The notes below the pieces were generated by a model. It worked only from the letters and a program-made list of their open reading frames with translations, ran no database searches and was not told where the DNA came from. The translations under genes and the position numbers were made by a program. 39,777 bases of DNA from a virus (Duplodnaviria > Heunggongvirae > Uroviricota > Caudoviricetes). The stretch lies in the IMG/VR virus record IMGVR_UViG_2537562191_000049, one strand, 5' to 3'. Below are positions 8,236-19,582 of the stretch, in pieces; within the stretch, counting starts at the first letter, position 1; each line of letters starts with the position of its first letter.

Positions 8236-9599
8236 TAATCACCCCATAGTGAAGAAAAGTTACTGCTGGCTGCTGGCTGTGATACCTGTGTAGGTTGAGA
8301 TTGCTGCCGCTGAGATTTACCAACATTAACGTTATATTGTTGGTTGTAATTGTCGGTATATTGCTGAATGTCGCGCATTGATTGTTGCAGTGCTTCAGGG
8401 CTTGAGAAATCAACCTGTGGCATACCTTGAAAATACATCTTTGCTTCTGCAACGGTGTTGATACCGGATGCCCCCATGTCTCTGGCTGCTGCAATGCCCT
8501 GATTCTGCATCTTTCCTTGGATTCGCTGTGCAGCGTTGTATAGTTTCCTCTGATCACCACCAGATGCACGGCTACGAATATCTGCACCAAGAGCAGGAGA
8601 ACCTGAAGAGCCTGTAATGCCAGTCATGAAGCCAAGATCGTCAATTGATGCACCAGAAATTGCATCAAGATCTTTCTTCATTGCGTAATTCTGCGCGCTT
8701 GCTGCCGATGTAGCCGGAGCGGCAATAGAGCCAGCAGGAACGCGAACCATATTCCCCTCGTTGTCGATACCTTCGTAGAACGCATTAGCCCCAGCGCCGT
8801 GAAGCTTCCCGCCTACCGTTACAGTTCTTCCGTCTGCTAGTTGAACTGTGCGCTCATTATTACCAACAGCCCCTTTCATTGATGCTCTCTGCATCGCTAA
8901 ATCCTGACCTCTCCGAGCAGTAGCAGCAGATAAATCCTGACCGCGCATCGTGATATCCTGACCACGAGCGGTTAACTGATTTCTTTCTCCTTCAAGTCGA
9001 CGCCCCTCCATTCGATCTTTGATATCGAAGTACTTCTCATGGCCGAGAGAAAACAGTGCCAGATTACCTGCGAAGTGCTGGAAGCCCTGCGGGTCATTAA
9101 CCTGCATTTCCGCAATAGTTTCTGGAGGGATACCTAAACGACGCATCTCCTTTTCGCTATCCATCATAAACCTGCCAAATGCACCCGGACCAAGCGACGA
9201 AGCGACCTGAGCCTTAAGCGCCAGATTGCCAAAATCATCCCGCTGGGCGTCATCGACATACCCCATCCCTTTACGGACTTCCTCAAACTCTTCAGGGAAT
9301 GCTGTAATAAGATTACGCATCTGCTCCCTGTCGCCGGACGCATAAGCATCTGCATAACCTTTCTGGAATGCCGCTTTACGCTCCTGCTGTTGCTGCTGCT
9401 TATAAATATCAGCAACTCCAGCCAGACCACGTAACGCGGTCAGACCAACGTTATTTGCACCTGAGCGAGCCAGTTCATTGTTTTCGCGGATCAGACCAAG
9501 CGTTGCGTTAATGTCGCTTGCCTTTGGCGCATTCTCATTTTGCGTACCGATGCCAGCCAGAAAACCACCAGAATTAATACCCTGTTGCCACGTAGCCAT
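8235..9599 (-). CDS. Ejection protein, P22 gp20-like
   Basis: 454 aa; position and size match P22 gene 20; ATGA overlap with downstream gene. Confidence 0.7.
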
Positions 9600-9609
9600 T
9601 GATTACCCC

Positions 9610-10305
9610 TTAATAAAGCAGTGAACCAAGCAGGCCGATACCAGCACCGATACCAGCACCCCACGGAGTTGATGAACCAATTAATTTCGCAAGTCCAGCC
9701 CCAGCAATAGCACCAGACGCACCTCCGCCAATAGCAGATTGCATTGCTGATGGTCTGTTGGCATTTGCCGCTGCAAGAGCCGCACTTTGCTGCGAAATCT
9801 GACTCATGTTGTTGGCGTACGTCTGCCCGGCGTTTGCCTGACCTTGCAGTGCGCCAAGACCAATATTTGCCAGATTCTGGTAGTTGTTCATCTGACCAGA
9901 TAGCCATTGCTGACCAAGCGTTGGTGCGATTGTTGCTAACTGATTACCGGTTGCAGTGGAACCCAATCCACCTGTTGCTTCCGCTGCCGCCAGACTCTGA
10001 TAGCGAGCCTGACCAGCAAGATCTTTGTACTGCTGAGAGTTGTAATACTGGTTAAGTGCCTGACCTTGCCCTTCCAGAGACGATAAGTTCTCGAGGCTGC
10101 CGACATACTTATCAGCCAGAGGAGTAAACGGCTTCAGGTTGTTCATGATGGTGTTGAACTGCTGATTTTGCAGGTCTGCGGCATACTTCTGGGCTTCTGC
10201 TGCATACTTTGCGCTTTTATCAGAGCTACCACCTTTCCCGCCTTTTTCAGGGCACCAAGGTTCCTCGCCGCGCAGTTTTCTGCCCAGCTTAAATGCATAT
10301 AACAT
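9610..10305 (-). CDS. Ejection protein, P22 gp7-like
   Basis: 231 aa, Gln/Ala-rich with Gly-rich hydrophobic C-terminus; synteny with P22 gene 7. Confidence 0.65.
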   Translation of the reverse strand: MLYAFKLGRKLRGEEPWCPEKGGKGGSSDKSAKYAAEAQKYAADLQNQQFNTIMNNLKPFTPLADKYVGSLENLSSLEGQGQALNQYYNSQQYKDLAGQARYQSLAAAEATGGLGSTATGNQLATIAPTLGQQWLSGQMNNYQNLANIGLGALQGQANAGQTYANNMSQISQQSAALAAANANRPSAMQSAIGGGASGAIAGAGLAKLIGSSTPWGAGIGAGIGLLGSLLY

Positions 10306-10307
10306 GG

Positions 10308-10766
10308 CTATCTCCCGTGATTCAGGAAGTCGATTAGTTCTTCGCGTGTGGCGCTGTAAAACGTCACGTCATCCACGCCTTTGAAGTATTTCTTGATGGT
10401 TCCTACACGCTTAAGGCCAATCATTACGCAGTAAATCTGCCCGTGGCGGAATTTGCGTGCGGCGAACGATGTGACGCACTGAACGGTGGTGTTAGTCAGA
10501 ATGTATCGCCAGAACGCCAGCCCGATTTCCTTGCTGAAGCCGCGAATCTCTGGCAGGTACATGGCGTGGCAATCGAATGTAAGCGGCTGAATCTCCTGAT
10601 AGTAAACAATGCCGCCGAACTGCCCGTGCACGTTCACCTCGAAGTAACGGCATTCAGGCTTGTAGTCGTATCCATCACCGTTGTTGCTACCAGCGATAAT
10701 GTCAGGGTGATTTCCGACTGCTTCGATCAGGTCGATGTTTCGCGTTGGTTTGAACTGAATCATCAC
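10308..10766 (-). CDS. Head completion/DNA-stabilisation protein, P22 gp14-like
   Basis: 152 aa between tail needle and gp7 homologs; assigned by synteny only. Confidence 0.55.
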   Translation of the reverse strand: MMIQFKPTRNIDLIEAVGNHPDIIAGSNNGDGYDYKPECRYFEVNVHGQFGGIVYYQEIQPLTFDCHAMYLPEIRGFSKEIGLAFWRYILTNTTVQCVTSFAARKFRHGQIYCVMIGLKRVGTIKKYFKGVDDVTFYSATREELIDFLNHGR

Positions 10767-11611
10767 TGCTCCGCGATTATCTTGATGGTTGTGGCAGTAA
10801 ACGCCGCACCATTTGACTGAATGGTTAACGTGCTGCCATTTGTGGCAAGAAAGCCGTCTTTATCCACGCTGAAGAACGTAGCTAACAGGATGTTATCGGT
10901 TGTTGTCGCCGCATTGCGACTGCTCACAAGTGTGTCAGGAACAGAGCCGGAAAAGGTTAGTTGCATTGATCTGTTGGCGGTTCCGCTGGGCCACGTCCCG
11001 ACAATCGACAGCTTGAAGAACAAGGTTTTGTTCTCGTTGAACACAACCATCTTGTTGTTAACGGTGTCGAAGAATGGTGCCAACGTCCCGGATGACGGCG
11101 TGAGCGTTTTCAGCAGGCTAACAAGGTTGGTCGGCGCTGTCGGGATGGTTACAGATACACCAGAGTAAACAACCTCTGACTTCTTGCGTGTGGTTGCATA
11201 CTCCAGAGCATCAATGCGCGTTTCATGGTCTGAAACCTGCGACTCCAGCGACTGAACTCTGGTATCAAGAGACGCAATATCGCTTTCATTCTGAGCGATT
11301 CGCGTTTCATGTTCCTGAAGAGTTGATTCTGCCTGGCTGATTCGCTCCTCATGATTAACAAGCGTTGCTTCCGCAGCAGAAATTCGCTGCTCATGGTCAG
11401 CGAGAATCACATCCTGCTCATCGTTCCTGACTTGTGCATCATAAGCGCCCTGTCCGGCCTCGTTGGCCTTGTTAGCCACGTTACCAACATCAGTACCCTG
11501 TGCGATAACGTAAAGCAGATACGACTGCGAGAAGATATTGCGTGGAAGGACTGATGTGTCGAGCCGTGTAGCCTGAATGATTACCGGCACATTGAGATTC
11601 GAATCCGCCAT
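10763..11611 (-). CDS. Tail needle protein (P22 gp26 family) with extended C-terminal knob
   Basis: N-terminus [43 protein letters not shown]...[18 protein letters not shown] closely matches recalled P22 gp26; heptad-rich middle; 282 aa (longer than P22's 233) as in Sf6-type needles. Confidence 0.85.
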   Translation of the reverse strand: MADSNLNVPVIIQATRLDTSVLPRNIFSQSYLLYVIAQGTDVGNVANKANEAGQGAYDAQVRNDEQDVILADHEQRISAAEATLVNHEERISQAESTLQEHETRIAQNESDIASLDTRVQSLESQVSDHETRIDALEYATTRKKSEVVYSGVSVTIPTAPTNLVSLLKTLTPSSGTLAPFFDTVNNKMVVFNENKTLFFKLSIVGTWPSGTANRSMQLTFSGSVPDTLVSSRNAATTTDNILLATFFSVDKDGFLATNGSTLTIQSNGAAFTATTIKIIAEQ

Positions 11612-13029
11612 TACTCAATCCTTATCTGAGCGCCAGACAGAGTGACAGGTGACTTCGTGATAACGCGCAATTTGAAGCCGACATTTTTCCTGATGCGCCC
11701 TACTCGCTTCCACAAAACGCGTTTGTCGTAAACGAACGGTTCATTCTGCTCAATCATCTGCTCACGACCGTAATTTATGCCGTCAGTGGTTGCAGAGAGA
11801 AAAAGGCGGTCGGCGTACTGCGCAACGCCGGTCGATGATTCCACCTCCAGATCAAAGCATCTGGCGTTATCCGCTTTGAACAGTGGAGTAAACAGCAGGT
11901 GTTCTTGCTGTAGCCCATACTGGCTACTGATATCGAATTGCAATTTCCCGGTCACGGACTCCAGCTTATCGCCGCACGTTATCTGATTGCCTTCGTAAAT
12001 GAAGTCGATAGCGCGGTACACATCGTCATACAGGCCTGTTTTCAGCACACACCATTGCGGACCATTAGCGCTTGAAGATGCGTCGTAAACAAGAACATGG
12101 CGCGGCAGGTGAATAATCAGCAACTCATGAGCATCAAACCGCAACGATTCCATCACGCCATCAGCCAGTTCATCAGCAGTGTAGGAGCGTAGTATTTTCT
12201 CAATGCTCGCGCTGGCGATTGGTGACACCTGACCGGAGCCGATGATGTATACAGACGGCGCACCTGTTGCTGGATTGCTGATAAACGCATAGGAATCAGC
12301 AAACGGCGTTTTGCAGTAAGTTCCGGCAATGCCTTTCTGCACCATCAGCGATGGCTGGGCGACATACAAAGCAGCACCAACGGTGGTTGCACCAGTCAGG
12401 GAGAAATATTCAATCGTCGATGAACCAAAGCAGACGATGAAGTCTCGCCATGTTCCGATTCCGATGATGCCGTCAGGCTGCGACTCGGCACGATATTGTG
12501 CGCTGTAGCGGTCAGGATGTGATTCGTCTTCAAGGTCAGTGATAAACCATGAATCCGTGCCGTCTTTTGACCACGCATAACGCCCGCGTAAGCGCGTAAT
12601 GTCACGAACAGAACCTAACTCATACTGCGTGAATCCGCTGTCTGTAGGCCAGTTTGAGACTCTTTTAACCGTGCCATCATAACGATACTCGACCAGTTGG
12701 CCATTAACGCCTACAGCCTGAGATGTCCGACCATGCGCCATTGATACACGACCACTTCCGGCAACATCACCGACTTCACTTTCTCCTTTGTACAGCTTGC
12801 CGCCACACACGCGATAAACAGCACTCTGCGCCATGTTGTACTCAACTCCGCGCGATACGCCGTTCACATCAGAACGTTTGGCAATGCCCGGGAATGAGCG
12901 AAGATATCCGCTGCTGTTCAGGATTTCTTTGGGTGTAGCCAACATATTCACTGGCAGATAGTCGATATAGTCGGCGTTTCTAAAGTCTTTGCCGACACCT
13001 TTCATAAGCGGAAGTTGCTGAATCGGCAT
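11611..13029 (-). CDS. Tail accessory factor, P22 gp10-like
   Basis: 472 aa (P22 gp10 is 472 aa); synteny. Confidence 0.7.
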   Translation of the reverse strand: MPIQQLPLMKGVGKDFRNADYIDYLPVNMLATPKEILNSSGYLRSFPGIAKRSDVNGVSRGVEYNMAQSAVYRVCGGKLYKGESEVGDVAGSGRVSMAHGRTSQAVGVNGQLVEYRYDGTVKRVSNWPTDSGFTQYELGSVRDITRLRGRYAWSKDGTDSWFITDLEDESHPDRYSAQYRAESQPDGIIGIGTWRDFIVCFGSSTIEYFSLTGATTVGAALYVAQPSLMVQKGIAGTYCKTPFADSYAFISNPATGAPSVYIIGSGQVSPIASASIEKILRSYTADELADGVMESLRFDAHELLIIHLPRHVLVYDASSSANGPQWCVLKTGLYDDVYRAIDFIYEGNQITCGDKLESVTGKLQFDISSQYGLQQEHLLFTPLFKADNARCFDLEVESSTGVAQYADRLFLSATTDGINYGREQMIEQNEPFVYDKRVLWKRVGRIRKNVGFKLRVITKSPVTLSGAQIRIE

Positions 13030-13038
13030 TTATTCACC

Positions 13039-13500
13039 TCACGTACTCGGATCATCTTTCTCGATGTAAAACCGATTCCACGTAAACGCGCTTTTGTTAC
13101 CACTACCGCGAGGCATGTCATTTCGCCGCTCAAGTGGTGGTATTTTGGTTAAAGCGATACAGATTGTCTGATATGCACTGTCAGCAGCGGTAAGGAGAGC
13201 GTCTGACGGCTGAATGACGTTATCCATGCACACTTGCACAGCGAGTTTCAAAGCGACGCCATCATTTGCCCATGCAGGGATACCTGAATCATCGTCAGGT
13301 AACGGCATGATGCCGTTTTCTGTATCAGCAAACTGATACCCAAGCTCGATACCTTTAGCCTGCCATGCTGCCATCATGTCTTCGAGGTCATTAATGGCAT
13401 CTTCAATTGCCTGAGGGTCAGCATCTGTCAACGTGGCATTGGAATACAGCCCAGCTTTTCGTAAAGCCTTAAGAACGAGATCACCCTTCGTTTTCGCCAT
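13039..13500 (-). CDS. Tail accessory factor, P22 gp4-like
   Basis: 153 aa; synteny between coat and gp10. Confidence 0.65.
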   Translation of the reverse strand: MAKTKGDLVLKALRKAGLYSNATLTDADPQAIEDAINDLEDMMAAWQAKGIELGYQFADTENGIMPLPDDDSGIPAWANDGVALKLAVQVCMDNVIQPSDALLTAADSAYQTICIALTKIPPLERRNDMPRGSGNKSAFTWNRFYIEKDDPST

Positions 13501-13669
13501 CTTCTTCCGCCTTAGCCACTTTTTGCTTCGTTGCGGTTTCTTCAGGGGTTTTTACCCAGCCTTTTTTCAGGTGAGATTTAACTTCTTCGTCATCAACAAT
13601 GATGTAATCGACAGCAAACTGACCACAGGTGATCATGTTGCCCGACTTATAGAGCATTGTTCGTGCCAT
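13481..13669 (-). CDS. Hypothetical small protein downstream of the coat gene
   Basis: Start moved to ATG at 13669 (MARTMLYKSG...) with SD ggaga; overlaps gp4-like start by 20 nt. Confidence 0.4.
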   Translation of the reverse strand: MARTMLYKSGNMITCGQFAVDYIIVDDEEVKSHLKKGWVKTPEETATKQKVAKAEEDGENEG

Positions 13670-13680
13670 TGTCTTCTCCC

Positions 13681-13703
13681 AATAAAAATGGGGCCGAAGC
13701 CCC
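13681..13703 (-). terminator. Intrinsic terminator after the coat gene
   Basis: Minus-strand RNA ggggcUUCGgcccc followed by auuuuuauu, immediately 3' of the coat stop; likely a partial terminator boosting coat transcript abundance. Confidence 0.55.
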
Positions 13704-13710
13704 ACCAAAA

Positions 13711-14964
13711 TTACTGCCCGGCAATAACGATGCCCGTATATTCAGGAACAAGTACAGAGCAACCGTACAGAGTGGTGAAACGAGCAGTGGTTACGCCTTT
13801 GATGTGGTCGAAGGCGTAAGACATGATCAGCGTAGCGCCCTGCTCGGTGGTTGCTGTCATTACCTGTGGACCCTGACCAGTCGGGAACGCCAGTTTGCCG
13901 TACATCAGCTCAACAGAACCATCAGCCCAGAACAGGTTAGCAGGTGCTGCGTTCTTGTTGAGAATGGTGATTGCTGCTGATGCTGCCGGTTTGGCATCGA
14001 CGTTTGCATATGGACGACTCGCAACATCGGTATTTTCAACAGGGAGAATCTTTGGAGAGATTGTTACGGTAGTTCCGCTAACAGCCAGAACACGGAATAC
14101 CTGCGGTTGCCCGGTGGTATCTTTTGTGATCTGGTGTACGGAATTCACACCGGCAATGGTGAACGCATCACCAACCTGCAAGCCAGATGCAGATACCGTA
14201 ATAGTCCCCTGTCGGTTATCAACTGGCATACCATTTGAATCTTTCGCTTCAACCTTGTGTTCAGGTTGGCCTGATACTGTCAAGGATTCAGCGCTTCCTT
14301 TCGGTAATCGACCAGAAATATCGGTCTTGTAGCTATCAAAGGAAGCAACCGGAGGGATCTGCGCTTTTTCGTATGCTGTCAGGGTTGCGCCCTGAGCGTA
14401 GGCACGGTGACCAAGCTCGCCAGCAAGGTCTTTGTAGTTGAAGGGGTTCCAGAAAGAGCGACGGTTGATACCCTGCGGTACACCAATCGCCGTCATGGTG
14501 GCATCAATACCTGCCGCACAGTTCCACAAATCACGGCCCTGTGAACCTGTGGTTGAGTCAGCCATCGTGATCACGTTAGTAGCACGCTGCGTGACCATGG
14601 AAATCAGGTCAGAGTCAATCTGTGCAGCAAGGCGCATACCTGCGGCTCGACCAGCTTCAGTTTTATGTTCCGGGTCACGCATTTCACGCGCATCCAGAGT
14701 GTACAGAATGTTTTTCGGCTCCTTGAACACAGAAGGAACAAGGCGCTGAACCAGTGCTGTTGGCGTTTTGCCGCTGAGGTCTAGGCCTTCCTCAATATTC
14801 ATGTGGTAATGCTGCGGACGATACAGAACATCACCTGCTCGCTGCATTGCTGTATCACCGGGACGGAATTTTTTAGCGTTACGGGAAACTACGCAGGCGG
14901 CCTCAAAGCCTTCAACGTAGTTTTCGAACATGATTTCAAGGTCTTTTGCTAATTGGTTAGCCAT
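13711..14964 (-). CDS. Major capsid (coat) protein, P22 gp5 family
   Basis: 417 aa; follows scaffold gene; size and order match P22-like coat; followed by terminator. Confidence 0.8.
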   Translation of the reverse strand: MANQLAKDLEIMFENYVEGFEAACVVSRNAKKFRPGDTAMQRAGDVLYRPQHYHMNIEEGLDLSGKTPTALVQRLVPSVFKEPKNILYTLDAREMRDPEHKTEAGRAAGMRLAAQIDSDLISMVTQRATNVITMADSTTGSQGRDLWNCAAGIDATMTAIGVPQGINRRSFWNPFNYKDLAGELGHRAYAQGATLTAYEKAQIPPVASFDSYKTDISGRLPKGSAESLTVSGQPEHKVEAKDSNGMPVDNRQGTITVSASGLQVGDAFTIAGVNSVHQITKDTTGQPQVFRVLAVSGTTVTISPKILPVENTDVASRPYANVDAKPAASAAITILNKNAAPANLFWADGSVELMYGKLAFPTGQGPQVMTATTEQGATLIMSYAFDHIKGVTTARFTTLYGCSVLVPEYTGIVIAGQ

Positions 14965-14982
14965 GCTTAATGCTCCGATAGG

Positions 14983-15876
14983 TTATTTTTTTGCCTTTTT
15001 AGCGGCGAAATACGGCGTCCAGTCACCAGTTTCCAGCGCCTTGGCTTTCAATTTGCCGAGGTTGTTGATTACTGCGCCGTTGCTCCCCTTAACTGTCGGG
15101 GTTGTGGCTGCCGTGGTTTTTGCTTTTGGCATGATTCTGGCCTTCGATTCGATACGTTCCAGCAGACGACCAATTGCTACGGGGTTGGTAGCTTCTGCCA
15201 GTTGCTTGCGCAGTTCAGCGTTGCGACCGAGTGCCAGAACAACGATTTCCGGCTTCTCTGACTCAAACAGGATCGCGTTTTGTGTCTCGATGGGGATTTC
15301 CTCGAGTACGGCCTGTTCTGCTTCCTGATAGCCAGGAACTTTGAGAGCCTTAACACGTTGCTGATATTTGGATAATCGCTCTTGATAGGCAGCCTGAAGC
15401 TCCTGCTCCTTCTGCTTGCGAGCCATCTCCTGTTGCTGGTACTTGCCGTTATCCTCTGCCCACTTAGCCATGCGTTGCTGGTAGATTTCTTCATCGAAAC
15501 CGATGTCCTCATCATCCAGTTTTGGCATTCGCGGTGGTTGAGTGATTACCGGCTGCTGCTCGACGGGTTTCTGAGACTGACGCATCAGCTCTTTCAGCTC
15601 GCGGTCTTTCTCTTTAATCGTCTTGCGCAGGTGTTTTACCAGTCCATGCTCTGCGCCATCTTCGCTGGTTGGCGAATCCAGCTTTTCGTCACCAAAGTAG
15701 AATTCCTGTTCTGATTCGTCGTCATCAGTTTCAGTAGCTTCCTCTGCATCATTGCCGGAGGACTCACTGCCATCTTCTGTTTCGACTTCTTCAGCCAGTT
15801 CGACATCATCAGGAATCTGCTCTGACGCGTCGGTTTCGATTTCAACTTCTGGTGTGTTTTCTGCCATCTGGTCCAT
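14983..15876 (-). CDS. Scaffolding protein, P22 gp8-like
   Basis: 297 aa, very acidic N-terminus and charged helical body; between portal and coat. Confidence 0.75.
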   Translation of the reverse strand: MDQMAENTPEVEIETDASEQIPDDVELAEEVETEDGSESSGNDAEEATETDDDESEQEFYFGDEKLDSPTSEDGAEHGLVKHLRKTIKEKDRELKELMRQSQKPVEQQPVITQPPRMPKLDDEDIGFDEEIYQQRMAKWAEDNGKYQQQEMARKQKEQELQAAYQERLSKYQQRVKALKVPGYQEAEQAVLEEIPIETQNAILFESEKPEIVVLALGRNAELRKQLAEATNPVAIGRLLERIESKARIMPKAKTTAATTPTVKGSNGAVINNLGKLKAKALETGDWTPYFAAKKAKK

Positions 15877-15966
15877 TTGTTACCCCTGTTTACTCGATGT
15901 TCAGCCCATCGGAAGGCAATAGGGTGCCAGGCCTCATAAAGACAGCCATTGCACGTTATGGGTTAA

Positions 15967-18165
15967 TTACTGCTGTGGTTGTTGCTGAGTTGGTTTTTGC
16001 AGGATACTGCTGATGTCCATGCGCTGCGCATGGCCCTGTGCCTGACTTTTCAGGACAAGCTCTGCATCAGCACGGGCATTGTCTCCTTGCTGTTGCTGGA
16101 ACTGTCCTAGCAGTTTCAGAGCCTCGCGGATATCAGATTTCTGCTGGCTATCGGCAGATGCGAGGATTTTCACAACATTTGCCGCTGCAACCTGAGCATC
16201 AGTCTGTGCCTGGAATGCTTTAACCTGAATGGATGCCTGTTCGTTCTGCGCTTTCTGCAATTCAGCCTGACCAGCAAGAAGCTGACCTTGCGCAGCAACC
16301 ATAGCCGGATCTGGCTGACTGGCCTGTTGTTGTTTCGCCTGCTCAACCATTTGCTGCTCTTCTGGCGTTCTCGGCTTGATAACTCCAGACAGAAGCAACT
16401 GATTGCGGTTGTATTCTTTAAGGTCGTCCATCCCTTCGCCGTCCATATTGTCGAGAATCATCGACGATACAAGGTCGTGCTTCGGCGTTCCTGGTGGGAT
16501 AAGTGCCAGCATGGAAAGTAACGACTTAACCGTTGCGTCACGGCGAGTAGCGAACGACTGACCGACATCGACAGTCACTTCATAGTTACCCTGCGAAAGG
16601 TCGTTAAGCGCGATAACCTGCCCTGTCTGACGGTCAACCACTTCACCAGTCATCAGCGCCACGTCATCGCTGCCGTCCTCATTAACGATACGCATCGGCG
16701 TATCACTGCCATAGACTTCACGAGCCATAGAAAGCCACACGACGCCAGCGCGGCGCATGGATTTAGCCATATTGTCCATGTAGATATAGGACTGCGTGTC
16801 CATCCGGTTAAAGATGCTATCAACGGTATCGGTGGCGACGTTGCTCGGCATGTTCTCAAGCTGCGACGCACCTGTAATTTGCTGAATAGCCGTTCCGGTG
16901 TACTGCAATAGCCCGGCAAGAGCAGGAGGCATTTGTGTCGGAGGTGTATAACTGCTGACCTGAGCCTGCGCAGTAATATCTCCGTTTTTGTTTTTCAGAC
17001 TGACCATCGGCAGGAACGCCGGGCGCTTTTTGTTGCGCTCCGCCCAATGAGTGGCGAGAGGACCAGGAATCATGTCAACATCAACTACAGGAATGCCATC
17101 ACCGCCAGCCTGAGTAGCGTTATCTGCAATCATGGAAACCATCAGGTTCTCAAGACGCTGTGCATCCATCGCTTTTGCTGCGTGACCTTCGATTCGCTCC
17201 TGATTATCAACAAATGAGCGACGCCCATATACCGGGATGAGAGGAATATGTTCGCCCGGAATACGCTTCGGTTCTTCCAGCCATTCAGCGCCAGACAGAA
17301 GACCGCAATAAACTCGGCGTTTCTTCACTGTCCGCTCACCAATCAGTTCGAATGCGCCATCGGTCAGCTCGTCGACAATATCTTTGATTTGATCTTCATC
17401 ATAGATTGCCGTTTCTCCGCTAACAGGGTTACGCCATGCTGTGAGCTTCACCTTCTCTATGCGAACTTCGTAGTAGCGTCCAACATAGATGGCATCGGGC
17501 GTTGACCAGTCATACTGAGTACCAGTGTCATCACGAGAAAGGCTTGCCGCGATGGAATCAGGGTATTCAGCTTCGAACGCTTTAGGCGTCATGGAGAACA
17601 TTTCCATAGCCCACATAGCATCAGAGCGGTCATATTGCTTGCTGTCCTGATCGAAGAAGACGCATGTCGCTGGGTCGTAAACAGGGAGAAGGCTTATACG
17701 GCGTTGCTCGTTACTCGGATCCATTTCATCTTCGTAATCGGCACACATGCGGAAACAACCGAATCCGCCCGTTACAGCATCATCAAATGCGTTATCACAC
17801 GCTTCACCACCGGATGTTTCCTGATAGTCAGCGCGGAATTTACCATTCATCTTTTCGGCTAACGCTTCCGATGCCTTATCGTCCTTCGGCCTGAATTTAA
17901 CGCTGATGCGATTCTGTCGATACTCGCCAATGATGCGATCACATTCACGGGCAATCTTATTCAGTTCAAAGCGCGGGTAATGCTCAAACCTGCCTTCATC
18001 AAATGAGTAACCAGCGTTTGTGCTGCCTTCCCACTGTGCGCCGGATACCCGGACGAAACGTTGAGCCTCAATAATCTGCTCACGCATATCCTGCGTTGCT
18101 GACCAGGCATTATCAAAGTTGCACAGCACCTTGCGATGCCAGTCAGTCATCTTTTTTTCTGCCAT
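15967..18165 (-). CDS. Portal protein, P22 gp1-like
   Basis: 732 aa (P22 portal 725 aa), Gln-rich C-terminal barrel-like tail; immediately downstream of TerL. Confidence 0.85.
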   Translation of the reverse strand: MAEKKMTDWHRKVLCNFDNAWSATQDMREQIIEAQRFVRVSGAQWEGSTNAGYSFDEGRFEHYPRFELNKIARECDRIIGEYRQNRISVKFRPKDDKASEALAEKMNGKFRADYQETSGGEACDNAFDDAVTGGFGCFRMCADYEDEMDPSNEQRRISLLPVYDPATCVFFDQDSKQYDRSDAMWAMEMFSMTPKAFEAEYPDSIAASLSRDDTGTQYDWSTPDAIYVGRYYEVRIEKVKLTAWRNPVSGETAIYDEDQIKDIVDELTDGAFELIGERTVKKRRVYCGLLSGAEWLEEPKRIPGEHIPLIPVYGRRSFVDNQERIEGHAAKAMDAQRLENLMVSMIADNATQAGGDGIPVVDVDMIPGPLATHWAERNKKRPAFLPMVSLKNKNGDITAQAQVSSYTPPTQMPPALAGLLQYTGTAIQQITGASQLENMPSNVATDTVDSIFNRMDTQSYIYMDNMAKSMRRAGVVWLSMAREVYGSDTPMRIVNEDGSDDVALMTGEVVDRQTGQVIALNDLSQGNYEVTVDVGQSFATRRDATVKSLLSMLALIPPGTPKHDLVSSMILDNMDGEGMDDLKEYNRNQLLLSGVIKPRTPEEQQMVEQAKQQQASQPDPAMVAAQGQLLAGQAELQKAQNEQASIQVKAFQAQTDAQVAAANVVKILASADSQQKSDIREALKLLGQFQQQQGDNARADAELVLKSQAQGHAQRMDISSILQKPTQQQPQQ

Positions 18166-18166
18166 A

Positions 18167-19582
18167 TCAACCTACACCACAAGGAATTGAGTAACTGGAA
18201 TAGTCGGGTTGCGCAGCCGACTCCGGGCAATGCATACACATCATCAGCGCATCAGCCAGGTTAGGAGATGGAATACCGAGCTTCTGCTTCATTTCGACCT
18301 TAGTCATTAGCTCAAGCTTCCCGTTGTTATTGAATTTGCGCTGAATCTGCGTCAGTTCTGCAAACAGCTTCTCCAGCATCTTCTCGCCTATCGCTTCTTT
18401 GTCGAAACTCAGCATGTCGTCGGGGTCTGCATACTCACCGTGAACAACCGCCCGATATGTCAGATACAGCCTATCAGCCAGTGCGTAATAGAATTGCGCT
18501 CGCTTATTGCGGAAAACATCGCCAATAGTGCGAACGTTGTCACCCTGTACGACTTCATCAGCCCATGCTCCGGCCTGATACGGCGCGTCTTCATCGAATG
18601 GCGATTCGCTGCCCTTGAACATCGTGGCGGTGATTTTCTTGCCGGAGAACGCTTCCGTTGTCTGTCTGCGTAGCCCTGCACCGACACCATCGCCATCCCA
18701 CAGGTAATGATCAGCGCCGTCTTCAATCGCCAGCGAAGTAGCCCAGTCAGCACCCTCGTTGATGTCCATCAGCAGACCTTCGGCAATGCGCTTAACCACC
18801 GAACCGTGACGCGATGCATAACCTTTAGCATCCGGTCCTGTATCTGACGGGTCATGCGCAGAGACAACAGCGCCTTTCGCCTTCCATCCGAGTTTCTTGT
18901 GCGCATCGGTTGCGGCTTCAAGCCATTCACGTTTGATGATTGCCATATCACTTGCGCTTACTGGCTCACCAAGCCAGATGTGACGATACAGTGTCGGATT
19001 TCTGCGTTTGCACTCTTCCATCTCCAGACGGAGAACTTCAGGAAAGTGCGGGTTGTCGGTGTAGTTCACCGTCAGCAGGCAAATATCATCGGGAGGATTT
19101 ACAACGAATCGCTGATAGGTATCGTCGAGGATGTTTTTCGGGTTAAAGCTCACCCATATTTCAGAGAACGGCTTACGGATGGTCGGTATCAGGATATCCC
19201 ATGATTCCTTCGTTACCGCTTCCGCTTCTTCCACCCAGCAGATATCAATGCCTTCGAGCGATTTAATCTTAGTCGGGTTGTTTTTTATGCCGTAGAACAT
19301 GAATTCAGCATTCGTTCCGAGATGACGAATCATTGAACGCTGAATTTCAAACTCGGCCGAATACCCTTCACGCTCGATGGTATCTTCAAGCAACCGGATT
19401 ACCGAATCGCTGATACTGTTTTGCAGTTCACGAGCGCAGAGAATACGCACTGGCTGACGACGCGCCGCTTCAACAAGCAGCCTAGCAATTGCCCATGACT
19501 TACCGCTACCTCGACCGCCTTTGGCGACTTTGTAGCGATGCGCCTCAATGAACGGTTCAAAGATAGGATTAATCGAGGTCAT
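18167..19582 (-). CDS. Terminase large subunit
   Basis: 471 aa; Walker A KGGRGSGKS near N-terminus; ATGA overlap with small-subunit gene. Confidence 0.9.
   Translation of the reverse strand: MTSINPIFEPFIEAHRYKVAKGGRGSGKSWAIARLLVEAARRQPVRILCARELQNSISDSVIRLLEDTIEREGYSAEFEIQRSMIRHLGTNAEFMFYGIKNNPTKIKSLEGIDICWVEEAEAVTKESWDILIPTIRKPFSEIWVSFNPKNILDDTYQRFVVNPPDDICLLTVNYTDNPHFPEVLRLEMEECKRRNPTLYRHIWLGEPVSASDMAIIKREWLEAATDAHKKLGWKAKGAVVSAHDPSDTGPDAKGYASRHGSVVKRIAEGLLMDINEGADWATSLAIEDGADHYLWDGDGVGAGLRRQTTEAFSGKKITATMFKGSESPFDEDAPYQAGAWADEVVQGDNVRTIGDVFRNKRAQFYYALADRLYLTYRAVVHGEYADPDDMLSFDKEAIGEKMLEKLFAELTQIQRKFNNNGKLELMTKVEMKQKLGIPSPNLADALMMCMHCPESAAQPDYSSYSIPCGVG

Noticed and set aside
8228-10055. 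Several 60-140-aa ORFs in alternative frames (8228-8590, 9164-9430, 9491-9907, 9744-10055)
   Set aside because: All nested within or antisense to the gp20/gp7-like ejection protein genes; typical GC-rich alternative-frame artefacts.
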